Virus record (IMG/VR): IMGVR_UViG_3300011008_000071
Location: 1-64,000 of that record
Origin: a virus
Lineage: Duplodnaviria; Caudoviricetes
Reading direction: 5' to 3' (one strand)
DNA: 64,000 nucleotides
Shown here: in pieces, positions 10,610-21,928 of the stretch
How positions within the stretch are numbered: the first letter of the stretch is position 1
Layout of the letters: every line of letters starts with the position of its first letter
Position numbers and translations under genes: made by a program
Notes under the pieces: generated by a model
The model's input: only the letters and a program-made list of their open reading frames with translations
Databases searched by the model: none
What the model was told of the DNA's origin: nothing

Positions 10610-12220
10610 TTAGGCGGTCGGTTTCAGGGAGAGGCGGGCGCCACAAGTCCAGTAGGAACGAGACACAGTATCATTCAGGGAGCAACCGAATGCACCATCC
10701 TTAGCACCGTGATCACTCTTGATATTCCATCCGTAGTCAGCATAATGAGTTGATGCGGAACCACTGGAGAGATTACCCATGAACAGACCATACTGATTAG
10801 CGATCATTTCAGAGATATATCCCTCAAAGTAGTTATTAGCACCATTATTATCAGAACCACCCGTAGGAGTACCAATTTCAATATAACCGTTACCGGTTGT
10901 ATTGTAATCAGATACAGTGGTTCCATCCTGAGTACCTCTGGTGAGCTTAGCCTTCAACAGACCATCTACAGAAACAAGTCCCTGAGTTCTATCCCAGAGG
11001 TTGCCCCAGAAGTTCTCTATGCCGAATACCTTAACGCCAACGTTGTTAGCGGAAGTACCGTAGAAGAGACCTCTTGTGTTCATTGTACCTGTATCGAGTA
11101 CACCAGTATTCTCAGCATTCACATATCCGTTCATGTTGCCATTACCGAATACAGCCTGTGTATTGGTGGACTTACCGATGAGGACGAGGAGCATCTGGAG
11201 AAGCTCACGGTCAGCAAGAACCGAGATATCCCAGATATTAACGCCGGAAGCGTTGTTCGCACGAGCTTCTGTGATCTGGGTCGTACCAGTCTGGTTTGCG
11301 GTAGGAGTCTTGCCGGAGATGGATCTCAACTTGGAGTTGTCATCAACCCAACCGTTGTATGCTGCAACGTATGTGTACGGGATGATCTCGCCGTTTGCAT
11401 CTGTATGAGAATATGCATGGTAGGATGCGTCTACCTGGTAAGGAGCAATGTATACTCTGATCTTACCGGAAACGGATGTATCAAACTTCAGCCATACTGT
11501 CGGGATACCAACCATAACATCTCCGTCGAAGGTGTCATCCGCGATGTCGGAAGCTGTGCCATCCGCCTTCTTGGTATAGTCATCGGGATCAAGGTCATAA
11601 GCAACCGTGCCATCAGAATTCATCATTCTGGGCTTGAGGTCCTTGATGAACCAAGCGTCTGCCCAGTCACCATAATTCGGAACGCCCGTTGTGAGGTTCA
11701 TTGTGAACGGCTGGAACTGGGAGTTGATGCCAAGGTAACGAACCTTGGAAGCAGGGTTGGACTCTGCGGTATCAATCTCGAAACCATAAACCTGGCTAAG
11801 AGAGTCAACTGCAACCGGATTGCCGGAAGCATCAAAGGAAACTACCTGGCCTGCAGTTCCTGTGATCTTATCCTGCTTTGCTGCAAGACCCGATGTAAGT
11901 GTAGCTGCATTTGCAGCTGTGTAACCGAGAGCATCGTTGATGTTCGCCGATGTCATAATATTGGTCTTGGCATCTGCGATGATCGTAGCTTCGGACTTGT
12001 TGTCAACATTTCCGAGACCTACCTGCGCCTTGGTTACATTGTGCGGGTTACTTGTGTTTGCCGCATGTGTAGCAAAGGTGGGAGCAGAAAGAGTCAGTGT
12101 GGTGCCGTTCTGTGTAACGGTGATGCCGTTCTCGCCTGTCATGGTGAGGGTGGTAACGCCGTTAATGGTAGCATCTGTACCCTTAACTTTTCCCAGGTTA
12201 ATCTGTTTTGCCATAAGCAA
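10610..12220 (-). CDS. DGR target: tail fibre/receptor-binding protein with C-terminal C-type-lectin (FGE-like) domain
   Basis: Tail-fibre repeat NPHNVTKAQVGLGNVDN, GIENFWGNLW, and a C-terminal VR ending GARLSLKP. Confidence 0.9.
   Translation of the reverse strand: MLMAKQINLGKVKGTDATINGVTTLTMTGENGITVTQNGTTLTLSAPTFATHAANTSNPHNVTKAQVGLGNVDNKSEATIIADAKTNIMTSANINDALGYTAANAATLTSGLAAKQDKITGTAGQVVSFDASGNPVAVDSLSQVYGFEIDTAESNPASKVRYLGINSQFQPFTMNLTTGVPNYGDWADAWFIKDLKPRMMNSDGTVAYDLDPDDYTKKADGTASDIADDTFDGDVMVGIPTVWLKFDTSVSGKIRVYIAPYQVDASYHAYSHTDANGEIIPYTYVAAYNGWVDDNSKLRSISGKTPTANQTGTTQITEARANNASGVNIWDISVLADRELLQMLLVLIGKSTNTQAVFGNGNMNGYVNAENTGVLDTGTMNTRGLFYGTSANNVGVKVFGIENFWGNLWDRTQGLVSVDGLLKAKLTRGTQDGTTVSDYNTTGNGYIEIGTPTGGSDNNGANNYFEGYISEMIANQYGLFMGNLSSGSASTHYADYGWNIKSDHGAKDGAFGCSLNDTVSRSYWTCGARLSLKPTA
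10637..10714 (-). repeat. DGR variable repeat VR1
   Basis: 78 nt aligning to TR 10154-10231 with 14 mismatches, 13 of them at TR adenines. Confidence 0.92.
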
Positions 12221-12265
12221 ATCATTCCTTTCATGAAAAGATTACTCGGGGATTGGCCGAGTTAC

Positions 12266-12631
12266 TTAGACTGTAGTGGCTATTGTGAGATACAATACGC
12301 CATTGCTGTTAATACTGAAGCTGTAGTGCTGCAGGGCCTTATCGATGGTACTGTCATTCGAATTCAGAATGAGGTCGCCAGAATTGTCAATCGTAAGAGA
12401 GACATTTTCCCCATCCGGAATTGTGAATATCAGGTTACCAGTATCGGGATCAACTTCGCAGTTGTACGTATTGAAAGCATCAAGCTCATCAATACGTCCC
12501 GTGAGAGTACTGATGTCCGATTCATACGTAGTCCTACGAACATATGTTGCTTCGATGATCGCAAAAAGCGCAGAAGCAAATGTCCCGAGCCCAGTCGAAT
12601 CAAGCACATGAAACTTTTCAAATGTGGCCAT
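12266..12631 (-). CDS. Small virion/tail-associated protein
   Basis: 121 aa with repeated (D/N)xxGxL beta-hairpin motifs; directly upstream of the tail fibre gene. Confidence 0.6.
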   Translation of the reverse strand: MATFEKFHVLDSTGLGTFASALFAIIEATYVRRTTYESDISTLTGRIDELDAFNTYNCEVDPDTGNLIFTIPDGENVSLTIDNSGDLILNSNDSTIDKALQHYSFSINSNGVLYLTIATTV

Positions 12632-12733
12632 TGAATCGATCCTCCTGTCTTGGAAAATTAATAGGGTGTAGCCTTAATTCCCATATCCATGTTACACCTT
12701 CTTAATTGTTTGACAATCAAAGGAGATGATTAT

Positions 12734-15700
12734 ATGGAAACAATTGATTTCGAGCAGCTGGATTACGGGCTGTACCAATTGGATTCCGACGGAATCATGT
12801 TGGAAAACATCCGATATGCAACTTCTGATTTCAACAGGCTGTATACAAGAAAAGTTCGACTGCCTGAGGGGAATGGTAATCTCGTTTTCCTGTTATCAAA
12901 TACGTTTTCATCTACGCTAAGTATGATTGAAAATGGGGTGTTTGTAATGCCCCCAACATACCGCAAAATATACTACCCAGTGTTGATGACAGGATCATTC
13001 CTTGGAAGAAGGTATCGGAAGTATATATCCGGTGGAACGAAAACAGAACATGATCAGCTTGTGCGTTCCAAGACGAAGCTCCGTGTATACCCAGGTAGGG
13101 TTCTGAGAAAAAGTAAAGATAACATCATCGTGAATCTGGGAGATGTGTATGAGGCCGTAAAGCCAATACTTACGACGAAACCTCTGAAGCAGGTGTATAA
13201 CAACTTCTGGAAAGAATTCGCTGCAATATGTAATCGGATGACATATGACGTCGATGAAAAATCCCATAAGGTACTGATTATCGATTGCGACACATTCGGA
13301 TGGACGGGGAACAGTCTGGAAGATGCCAAATCTAATCCGTTATACCTTCTATATATAGCATACCTCAGGAATAGAGATTTGAGCAAGTTGAATGTCGATA
13401 TGGACATGATGATCTGCTCAAAGAATCTCTTCATGAAATTCAACCCGGCCAAGCTGGATATGAAGATGTGGGGTATATTCAGAAGAGGTCTGTTCCGTAT
13501 CATGAAATCCGATCTGGATGCCTTCACCGATTCCCTGTCTGAAGAGGAGAAGAAGGAACTTCAGGATACTGCCCAGGACAAGGTTCTGTCTTCAATCGTT
13601 GCCAATACCGTTGATGCATACACCAAGAACTCTTCTTCAGCTGTCAAATCCGTAATACAGGATAAGGTCGAGGAGAAGTTAAGAAAGACTGCGGCAGAAA
13701 AGGTGAAGATTGATAAAGAAATCAAGAAAGCTGTCCCCCAGAAGAAATTGGATTCGTTTGACTCCTTCATGAATGGTCGGGTTACGACAGCAAATCCTGT
13801 CAAGAACCCATTCACTCCTGCACAGCAGAAGTTATTCCAGCGTGTTGCTGGAGACTATGAGAAGTTGGCATCAGACACGGGAATTGAAGTTGATGATGAT
13901 TACGATGATGACGAGTACACATATTCAGACGAAGAAGAGGAGATTCTGCAGGATGATGCTCAGGATATTCTGATGTCAGATGATGAGGTCAAAGATGCTC
14001 TACTTACTGAACTTCAGAACCGTGTGGAACCCAAACCGGATTCGAAATCACCCCAGGCGAATTCCGCTCGAGATGCAAAACTTCGGGAGGCTCAAAAGAA
14101 GGTCGTTGTTAAGAATTCGACGATTGAGCAGTTGCTGGAGCAGGAGACGGATAATGTTCCCATCCAAGAAGAGGATAAGTCGAAGGTAATGCATACGGCA
14201 AATAAGAATATGCAACATATTAAATTTGCCAACTTCGAGAAGACGTATCTCGACTCTCTGTATTACAAGGACATCATTGCCTGCTTCGATATGCTCAAGG
14301 ATCAGGAATCCCCGTTCTTCATTACTGATGTCAAGATCACCGATACCTCAACGGCTCTTGATTTAAAGGAAACCTGGACTGTATCCTTGAAAGATGAGTT
14401 CGGCAAGAAGCACACGATGAAGGTTGACATTCCTCGCTTCAAGGACAACAAGTTCATGCTCATCAATGGTACCAAGTATATCATGTTGAAGCAGAATTTC
14501 TACAAGCCTCTCGTCAAGGATACTCCTGACACCGTAATTCTTACTACGAACTTCAATAAGGTTACCATCACCAGAAAGGCTACCAGATCCCTGAATATGG
14601 TCGAACGGCTGTTCTCTCTCATCAAGAAGGCGAATAACCCAAAGATGTTCCTAACAGGTGACAGCAGCCAGAGTAACCGGAAGTACATTTCATCTTTGGA
14701 ATATGATGAGATATCCAAGCATCTGTTCAAGATTGAAATGAAGTCATGTGAATTATGCTTCTCCAGAAAATGGATCGAAGAGAATTGGGATGATAAGATC
14801 CCCAGTGATATCAAGAAGGATGAGTTCTATATTGGAACTGCCAACGGTTCCCCAGTAATAATCAACGAAGATACGGGTCTTGACCGCTCCGGCAGGACCA
14901 TCGTTCAGATCATCGAAGAAAATCTCCCAGATGATTTGAAGACTCAGTTCAATTCCATCAAAGGACCAAATCAGTCAATGTATGTTGAATGTAAGATGGC
15001 AAGTGAGTTCATTCCTGTAATCACGGCATTGATTGTATGGAATGGCCTGAAGAAGACTTTGGATCTCATGGGAACCGAGTGGAGCTTCTCTATCAAACGT
15101 CCTCCGGCTGGATCTAAATATATCCGCTTCAGTGATGGATACCTCATATACAAACCCGAGATATTCTCCGAGTTGTTGCTCAATGGATTACAGAAGATGC
15201 ATCCAGAGCAGTATACATTTGAAGACTTTGAGTCTGAAGCAGGCTATGAAGAATTCATGTATGCGCAGTGGGGTTCCTTCAACGGAATCACCGAGATCAA
15301 GTCCTTCAACAACTTCCTGGTGGATCCTATCACCAAGTCGGTATGCCGGGATATTAATCTCCCCGATACTCCTTCTGGACTTCTAATCCATGCTGTAAAG
15401 ATGCTATGTGATAATGCATTCAACTCCAAAGCATCGGATAAGTCTTACCGTGTGAGATCTCTGGAAATCATTCCAGCGATTCTGTATTCGGCAATTGCAA
15501 TTCAGTATAAGAATTACATTAAGTCCGGAAGAAGAATTCCATTCACATTGAATCAAAGATGTGTAATGAGTATGCTTAAGTCTGGACCTGTTGGCACCGA
15601 AGCTTACTCCACCCTGAACCCTGTTGTGGAAGTAAACAAGTCATCCACGATCAGTGCTAAGGGATATAGGGGTACTAACAAAGATAGATCCTATGATGAA

Positions 15701-18520
15701 GCTAAACGATCCTATGATCCTTCCTCTGTAGGTAAGCTAGCAATATCAACATCAGCCGATGCAGGGGTTGGCGTCACGAAACAATTGGCAACCGAACCTG
15801 ATATACAAAATGCTAGAGGATTCAGAAGTCCTTTACCTGATGAAGATCAAAAGGAAGAAAGAGCTGCTGCTCTTGCTGAATTGAAAGATGTAAATGTATT
15901 CTCTCCTACGGAGATGATTACACCTGGAACAGCAAAGCGAGACGATCCCATCAGAACCGCGATAGACCTTTAACTAAAGGTAAACATTTAGATAATCCCC
16001 CAAATATGTTAACCTGTTGTCGCGGTAAAACCACATATATGCGGGAAGTACCTTAGAGCCAGGGACACGGCGCAGGTATGGTGACATGCCTGGCAGCAGT
16101 ACGGATAACGCCGTACGGATCGTAACAACGCCCTGGATTATTATAAAATTATATGGAGGGATGTCTCATGAATGAAGAGAAGATTGCCGTGATATGGAAA
16201 CCTGTTATATTAGATGGAGAGCCAACTCAATACGAAGTCAGCGAATATGGAAATGTTAGAAATGTTAACACGGGCAATATATTAACTCCAGTTCCGCTCA
16301 AAAATAGTGGAAGACTTCGTGTACTAATATACAGAAATGGAGTTCGAAAGGATATGAAAATTCATAGACTCGTATACGAAGCATTTTATGGACCAATTCC
16401 AAAAGATATGACAGTTGACCATATTGATGAAAATATTCTTAATAACCATTACACCAATCTTAGATTATTAACCCCTTCTGAAAACATTAAATCTTTCAGA
16501 AACAACCATCCCGATTTTTTACAAACATATTCGGATGAGACGCTCGACAGCTTCTATAAAATGCTTCAAAAAGGAGTATATCATTTAGATGCTGCTATAG
16601 AATGCGGAATCAATAAATATCAGTCTTATAGTTACCTCGTTGGCAGGAGAAGACATGATTTATGGTTAAAATATCAGCCATTTGATCCTGGGGCATATAG
16701 ACGAATCAGATTTACAGAATCTGATAAAGAAGCTGCAATAGGAATGATTATGCATGGGATGAGAAGTCAAGAGATACTCAAAAAATTACATATCAAATAT
16801 GACCCATTGAGTATTGATGTTATCTATAAACTTCGTAAACAACTCGGGATTAAGGATCCGAGATATTTCGATGCTGATCTCATTTTTGATGTCGATACAT
16901 TAATCAGAGATGGAAAGACCAATGCAGAAATATATGAAATTCTTCATATTGAATTTGATGATCGGGTATCATGGATGATGGCTCGCAGAAGGAAATGGCT
17001 AGGTATCCCAAACAATAATCTCAAAAAATCAACCCCAGAAGAAATGAAAATAATCAGAGAAGGAATAGCTTCAGGGTTGAGTAATAATGAAATTCTTGAT
17101 AAGATTGGTAAAGAACGGAATCAATATTACATTGATTTATTCGGTAAAGAAAGGCAAAAATACAAGAAGAAACAAAGTTCTACCTCAGAGACTATCGAAA
17201 GCATAGTATAGGAGAAAGACCTATATGAAGAAGTGAGTAGAGTAGCGAAAGCAAAACGTGTGGCATTGTGTAATTGGTAACAGATTACACAGTGAAGATA
17301 TAGTCCGTCTGTACATGAAAGTGTATAGGTTGCTCAAATGAGCTGGTAAACAATCCGGCCATATAGTACCAGTAGCAGACGCCGTTCCATCACTGGTATC
17401 AAATGGCTTTGATGAAGCAATTCAATTCCAACTCTCTGATGACTTCGTTGTCAATGCCGAAGAAGATGGAAAGGTAATTGATGTCAACGAGGAGCTGGGA
17501 TTCATTGTCGTTGAATATGCATCTGGAAAGCATAAGGCAATATCAACCAAGCCGGAAGTTGTCAAGAACTCCGGAGCAGGTTTCTATCTGTCGAATGCTC
17601 TGGTGCCAACACATACCAAGGTTGGAGAGAAGTTCGTCAAGGATGAACCTCTTGCATATCATCCGAAGTACTTTAAGTATTCCAAGCTGAATGGTCTTCG
17701 ATTCTCCATAGGCCCATTATGCAAGATGGCATTCATGTCTTCATATAACACATATGAAGATGCCGGCATCTGCACTGAATCTCTATCATCCAGAATGAAG
17801 ACATCGATTGTATATATGGAATCTGGCAGATTTAAGAAGAATAATAATATTCTTTCGATGGTCAAGGTCGGAGACCATGTATCGATTGGAGATGCTCTGA
17901 TCAAGTTCGATGTTTCTTCGGAGGATAATGAACTTGCAAAGTTCTTCAACAAGCTTAATGAAGAAGACAGGGCAATGTTGGAAGATGAGGTCAAGGATGA
18001 AATCAAGACCATGCATGCCGGAAGAATAATCGATATCAAAGTATACACGATTCTTCCCCCAGAAGCATTGTCTCCTTCTCTGGGCAAGATCGTGAGGGAG
18101 TTCTGGAATACAGCAAATGCTAAGAAGGATTTCCTCAACCAGTATGATTCTGAGAATAATACTCTGAAAGCTGGGTATTTGCTTACGGATGAAACGGAGC
18201 CTGTCAAGGAAGAATATAACACCATCAAAGGCCAAAAGGGTGTAGATGTTCTGATTGAGATTTACATTGAGCATGATGATGTTATGGGCGTAGGAGATAA
18301 GATTGCACTGTACGGGCCTAACAAGCAGATCATATCCCAGGTAATTCCTAAGGGGTATGAACCGTATTCGGAATTCCGTCCTGATGAAGAAATCTCTGTG
18401 CTGTGTTCTCCTGGAACGGTTGCCAGACGAATGGTTTCTTCTACACTGGTAATCTCGGCTGCAATGAAACTCTGTGTTGAGCTCAAAAGAAAAATCAACG
18501 ATACAATCAAATACAAATAA
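12734..18520 (+). CDS. Multisubunit RNA polymerase beta subunit, large virion-RNAP type (phiKZ gp178-like); exons 12734-15963 and 17341-18520, ~1469 aa
   Basis: INGTKY, KGYRG, R.YD.S..G, GVTKQL, spliced junction DDPIRTAI|AGKQSGH, TYEDA and GDKI...NKQIIS. Splicing restores the frame. AGGAG RBS before the ATG at 12734. Confidence 0.9.
15964..17340 (+). mobile_element. Group I intron in the RNAP beta gene, with HNH endonuclease
   Basis: P1 ACCGCGAU/GUCGCGGU, P7 elements cagagactat and gaagatatagtc, terminal G at 17340. Confidence 0.9.
16168..17211 (+). CDS. Intron-encoded NUMOD4/HNH homing endonuclease
   Basis: YEVSEYGNVRN, IHRLVYEAF, VDHIDENILNN; its 3' end overlaps the intron core. Confidence 0.9.
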   Translation: MNEEKIAVIWKPVILDGEPTQYEVSEYGNVRNVNTGNILTPVPLKNSGRLRVLIYRNGVRKDMKIHRLVYEAFYGPIPKDMTVDHIDENILNNHYTNLRLLTPSENIKSFRNNHPDFLQTYSDETLDSFYKMLQKGVYHLDAAIECGINKYQSYSYLVGRRRHDLWLKYQPFDPGAYRRIRFTESDKEAAIGMIMHGMRSQEILKKLHIKYDPLSIDVIYKLRKQLGIKDPRYFDADLIFDVDTLIRDGKTNAEIYEILHIEFDDRVSWMMARRRKWLGIPNNNLKKSTPEEMKIIREGIASGLSNNEILDKIGKERNQYYIDLFGKERQKYKKKQSSTSETIESIV

Positions 18521-18572
18521 TGGTATATAGCACCTGGGATATCCCAGGTGCTGTCATTAATAATAAATATGC

Positions 18573-18992
18573 ATGCGCCACGACGGTCGGTGGTGGCGCA
18601 TGTGTTTAAATAGTGCTTTACACAAGTTCAGTTATTTAAATAATATGCCCGATGGTGCACAGAAAGGAATGAAACAATTTATGCGTATTTATGGTAAAGA
18701 CATGGTATGGCCGGACAACTTCCTATCCCGATTCTTCTGGACAACTGATATTGGTGATATCAAATCCAGAATTGAATTCAATGCATCTGGTTTGGGATTA
18801 GCTATGAAATCCCTGACGGAAGAAGAAAGAGATGCGTTCAAGTACTACTTCAAAGAAGGGCTGTCATTCTATGATATTTCAATCATCAGAATGCCGTACT
18901 ACAGCAGACATGAGGTTCTTGGTCTGGTTGATTCTGCCATCAAAAAGCTTCATCACCCCAAGAACATTACCCGCTTCATAAAATTTAAATAA
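18573..18992 (+). CDS. Sigma-70 region-4-like HTH protein
   Basis: LTEEERDAFKYYFKEGLSFYDI...AIKKLHHP. Confidence 0.6.
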   Translation: MRHDGRWWRMCLNSALHKFSYLNNMPDGAQKGMKQFMRIYGKDMVWPDNFLSRFFWTTDIGDIKSRIEFNASGLGLAMKSLTEEERDAFKYYFKEGLSFYDISIIRMPYYSRHEVLGLVDSAIKKLHHPKNITRFIKFK

Positions 18993-19165
18993 AGTTAATA
19001 ATGTCAAACGGGGAGTTAACTCCCCGTTTGATTAATAAGTATTAAAGGAGATAGACTAGAATGAAAGAAAATAATCAGAACATCAACGATTAAGACGGGC
19101 GTTCATATTGTCTATGATCCTTAAGAGGGGGATCTGCATTTTTTCTTGATAGGAGGTGTTAAAGA

Positions 19166-19417
19166 ATGAAACATACAACCAGAAACATATTTGCACTAAT
19201 TGGATTGATATTATCAATTCTCATTATGTGTTCCGGAGGATGCGAAAGACAAAACGGATATTGTTACATCGAAATGAATTCATATCCGCGGAATAGCACG
19301 TCAGTATATGAGATATACACATTAAGAGTAGGAGATCATTGGAGTTATTTAAACACAGAAGATGTCGTGGATCCCGACAAAAAGGAAAGAAGAATCACAT
19401 TTGTATTCATACAATAA
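19166..19417 (+). CDS. Small secreted or lipoprotein-like protein
   Basis: AGGAGG RBS; hydrophobic signal sequence followed by Cys. Confidence 0.55.
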   Translation: MKHTTRNIFALIGLILSILIMCSGGCERQNGYCYIEMNSYPRNSTSVYEIYTLRVGDHWSYLNTEDVVDPDKKERRITFVFIQ

Positions 19418-19483
19418 CAAAATTAAAGTCCTCCCGTGATCGGGAGGACTTTAATTTATTTCGTCGTTCATTTTGGTCATCCC

Positions 19484-19645
19484 TTAGTAGTAGTTATAAC
19501 CGGGCTTTCCACGCTGTTCATCTAGAATGCGGTTGCGGATTTCTGCATCTATCTCAGCCTGACGAGCTTTGTCTTCCTGCTGCTTTACAGCGTCCTGAAT
19601 TTTCTTTTCCTCTTCAGGTGTGAATTGCTTATTGGTATCAGCCAT
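19484..19645 (-). CDS. Small coiled-coil protein (53 aa, not in the ORF track)
   Basis: MADTNKQFTPEEEKKIQDAV...GYNYY with AGGAGG RBS and TATATATTAT motif upstream. Confidence 0.6.
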   Translation of the reverse strand: MADTNKQFTPEEEKKIQDAVKQQEDKARQAEIDAEIRNRILDEQRGKPGYNYY

Positions 19646-19771
19646 CTTAAAGCCCTCCTTTCTTCAGATTTGTTATTACCTATATAATATATACTCAAAC
19701 TTATCTCTTAGGTATATTTACGATTAAAAGAAAAGCGGCAAAATGGCACAGCCGCTTTTCTTCGAAGAGGT

Positions 19772-19996
19772 TTAATTGCCTAAGGCAGTTGCTGCGGCAG
19801 ATGCAGCTTCTGCACTTCCAGCCTGCTTCAGTTCCTGTTCTGCATACGTAGCCTCAAGCTTAGGCCCGCATTCTTCGCAGACGTCGACATACTCTGTTAC
19901 GTCATCTTCAGGAATCGAAAACTTCTTGCCACACTGACCACACGTTCTGTTGCCAGCTTCGTCCTGATACTTCATCGGTAAATACATGATGAGCAT
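19772..19996 (-). CDS. Zinc-ribbon protein
   Basis: CGQC...CEEC. Confidence 0.6.
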   Translation of the reverse strand: MLIMYLPMKYQDEAGNRTCGQCGKKFSIPEDDVTEYVDVCEECGPKLEATYAEQELKQAGSAEAASAAATALGN

Positions 19997-20041
19997 CCTC
20001 CTTGTTTTTATATATTCATAATCAGGGAAGCCCTGTTATGT

Positions 20042-20129
20042 TGGTGCAGGTAACCGGAGTTGAACCGGTATGGTATTTCTACCAATGGTTTTTAAGACCA
20101 TTGCGTGCTGCCAGTTTCGCCATACCTGC
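20042..20129 (-). tRNA. tRNA-Leu(UAA)
   Basis: Acceptor stem GCAGGTA/TACCTGC with encoded CCA; anticodon arm ATGGT-CTTAAAA-ACCAT; long variable arm; T-loop TTCAACT. Confidence 0.95.
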
Positions 20130-20197
20130 AGAAATGAAAGAAGGATGTTACCGATCCCCTTTCGAGGATCGGTAACGGGAAGGATTAAAGATGTATG

Positions 20198-21853
20198 TTA
20201 ACTCTGGTTGCAGTTGTTGCAATCAAAGTTACAACCGGGCTTATCTACGAAGCCGCCTTTCATGGCATCTGCTACAACAGCGTACCGAGCATCCATGAGC
20301 TGATCTTTAAGAATCTCATATGGATCAAGCTTATCGCTCATGACCATCTTAACGATGTTAGGACTGAAGCCGGATACCAGTGCGAAACCGTACTTATTCG
20401 TACACACAGGAATGGTCATGGACCTACTGTTTACATTCCAGAATACGAGTTTCGGTAAATGGTATCCATGTAGTTCATAACAGTCAGTAATGTATTCGAA
20501 CAGTGTCTGATCACTACCTTGGACTTTGGAATCCAAGTTCTCATTCGCATCATATCTCATATCTGACGCATAATCAAACTCCATGTCAGATATGATCAGA
20601 ATACGCTTGGGGAGATCTTCCTGGGTGAGCTTGTTATTAACGGCCGTCTCGAGTATCAGCTGGAATACCCTGTATATATTCGTATTCGCTGCTTCAGCAT
20701 AAAAGTCTAGAACTTTCATCTTATCGAGCAGAGTCATCTCCGGTTTGAACTGAACAAGTCTGGGATTCGCCGAGAAGGTGATAAACGAGTTCGCGAATGG
20801 TCCAGACATTCTCTCAGAGAAGTACACAGCCATGGACTCCGACACGTCAAGTGCTCTTACTCGGCTATTACCGATTTTACAGTCCATAGAACCGGAAGAA
20901 TCACACACAACCAACGTCTGCATATCCTGACCCTGAACGACATCAGGCAACGCCTTCCACATGGTTTCCATTTGAACTGTGATGTTATGGTCTTTCTCCA
21001 TGGAATAGTCATACGAGAAATTACTCCTGAGATCATAGTAAATCTCATAAGGATACACTGTGGAAGCATTGATCTTAGCTTCACCTCTGGAAACAGATTC
21101 CAGATACTGAACACGTCTGTCATGATCGTGTTTGAGGAATGCATGCTTGTATCTGAGATTCGCCTTCGAGGGAACATTAGGGTATTTGATTTCACCCCAC
21201 CTGCCGGGCTTAGTCTTCCTCTCAGTGACATCAATGTAGCTCCTCAGACCAGAAAGCATCTTCTGATATTCAGTCGGCTTCAGATGCATCGCCTTGCGAA
21301 TCTTGTTTGCCTTCCTCCTACTGGAGAGACCAGCATTGATTGAAGGAACCCACTTTACGCACACCGATATCGGCTGCATTGCTGCGGCATTCTGTATATC
21401 CTTATTAAGCTGGGTAATGATACAGGAAATAGCAAATCCTTCAAGCGGTGTATCGAAGAGTGCAAGAAGATCATCCCATCTGCCGAAGAAAGGAACCAGC
21501 GGACCGTTCTGTAGTGTGAACGATGTTCTGGATGTAATGATGTTCGCAATTACAGCCGGATGGTTATTCGCCATATACTTCAGAATCACTCTGAACACAC
21601 GTCTCTCACCCAGACCGCCACGAACGTCACGGATATAGAACAGCCATCTTATTGCCAACTCTTCATTCTCGAAATATGCCGGTATCCACTTCTCGACGAT
21701 GTCTTCATCAGACCAATGACGCATAGAAGATAGTGCAAAATTGAGATCAACCAAAGCTTTCCCGGATGTCTTGTAGCCAAGAGCTCCGTTCTCAGTCGTT
21801 GACAGTATAGACTGATCTGTTTCCTTCTTCAGCATTTCGACAAAGTCATTCAT
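20198..21853 (-). CDS. DUF2828-family / TROVE(Ro60)-like protein with C-terminal vWA domain
   Basis: N-terminal TENGA, RDVRGGLGER, GRWDDL; MIDAS-type DSSGSM, ISDMEFD, FWNV and SGFS. Confidence 0.85.
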   Translation of the reverse strand: MNDFVEMLKKETDQSILSTTENGALGYKTSGKALVDLNFALSSMRHWSDEDIVEKWIPAYFENEELAIRWLFYIRDVRGGLGERRVFRVILKYMANNHPAVIANIITSRTSFTLQNGPLVPFFGRWDDLLALFDTPLEGFAISCIITQLNKDIQNAAAMQPISVCVKWVPSINAGLSSRRKANKIRKAMHLKPTEYQKMLSGLRSYIDVTERKTKPGRWGEIKYPNVPSKANLRYKHAFLKHDHDRRVQYLESVSRGEAKINASTVYPYEIYYDLRSNFSYDYSMEKDHNITVQMETMWKALPDVVQGQDMQTLVVCDSSGSMDCKIGNSRVRALDVSESMAVYFSERMSGPFANSFITFSANPRLVQFKPEMTLLDKMKVLDFYAEAANTNIYRVFQLILETAVNNKLTQEDLPKRILIISDMEFDYASDMRYDANENLDSKVQGSDQTLFEYITDCYELHGYHLPKLVFWNVNSRSMTIPVCTNKYGFALVSGFSPNIVKMVMSDKLDPYEILKDQLMDARYAVVADAMKGGFVDKPGCNFDCNNCNQS

Positions 21854-21897
21854 TTGTAATTCCTCCTATATATGTAATACTGTAATTTGACAACAAT

Positions 21898-21922
21898 AAG
21901 GGAGAGGTCTGACCTCTCCCTT
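21898..21922. terminator. Hairpin between the ncRNA array and the vWA gene
   Basis: aagggagaggtc-t-gacctctccctt. Confidence 0.65.
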
Positions 21923-21928
21923 AGGTTG

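Noticed and set aside
11405-12634. 409-aa plus-strand ORF
   Set aside because: Antisense shadow of the tail-fibre gene and its upstream neighbour; no recognisable motifs.
17603-18520. Separate RNAP beta C-terminal gene
   Set aside because: Its frame extends upstream to the 3' splice site at 17341, so it is exon 2.
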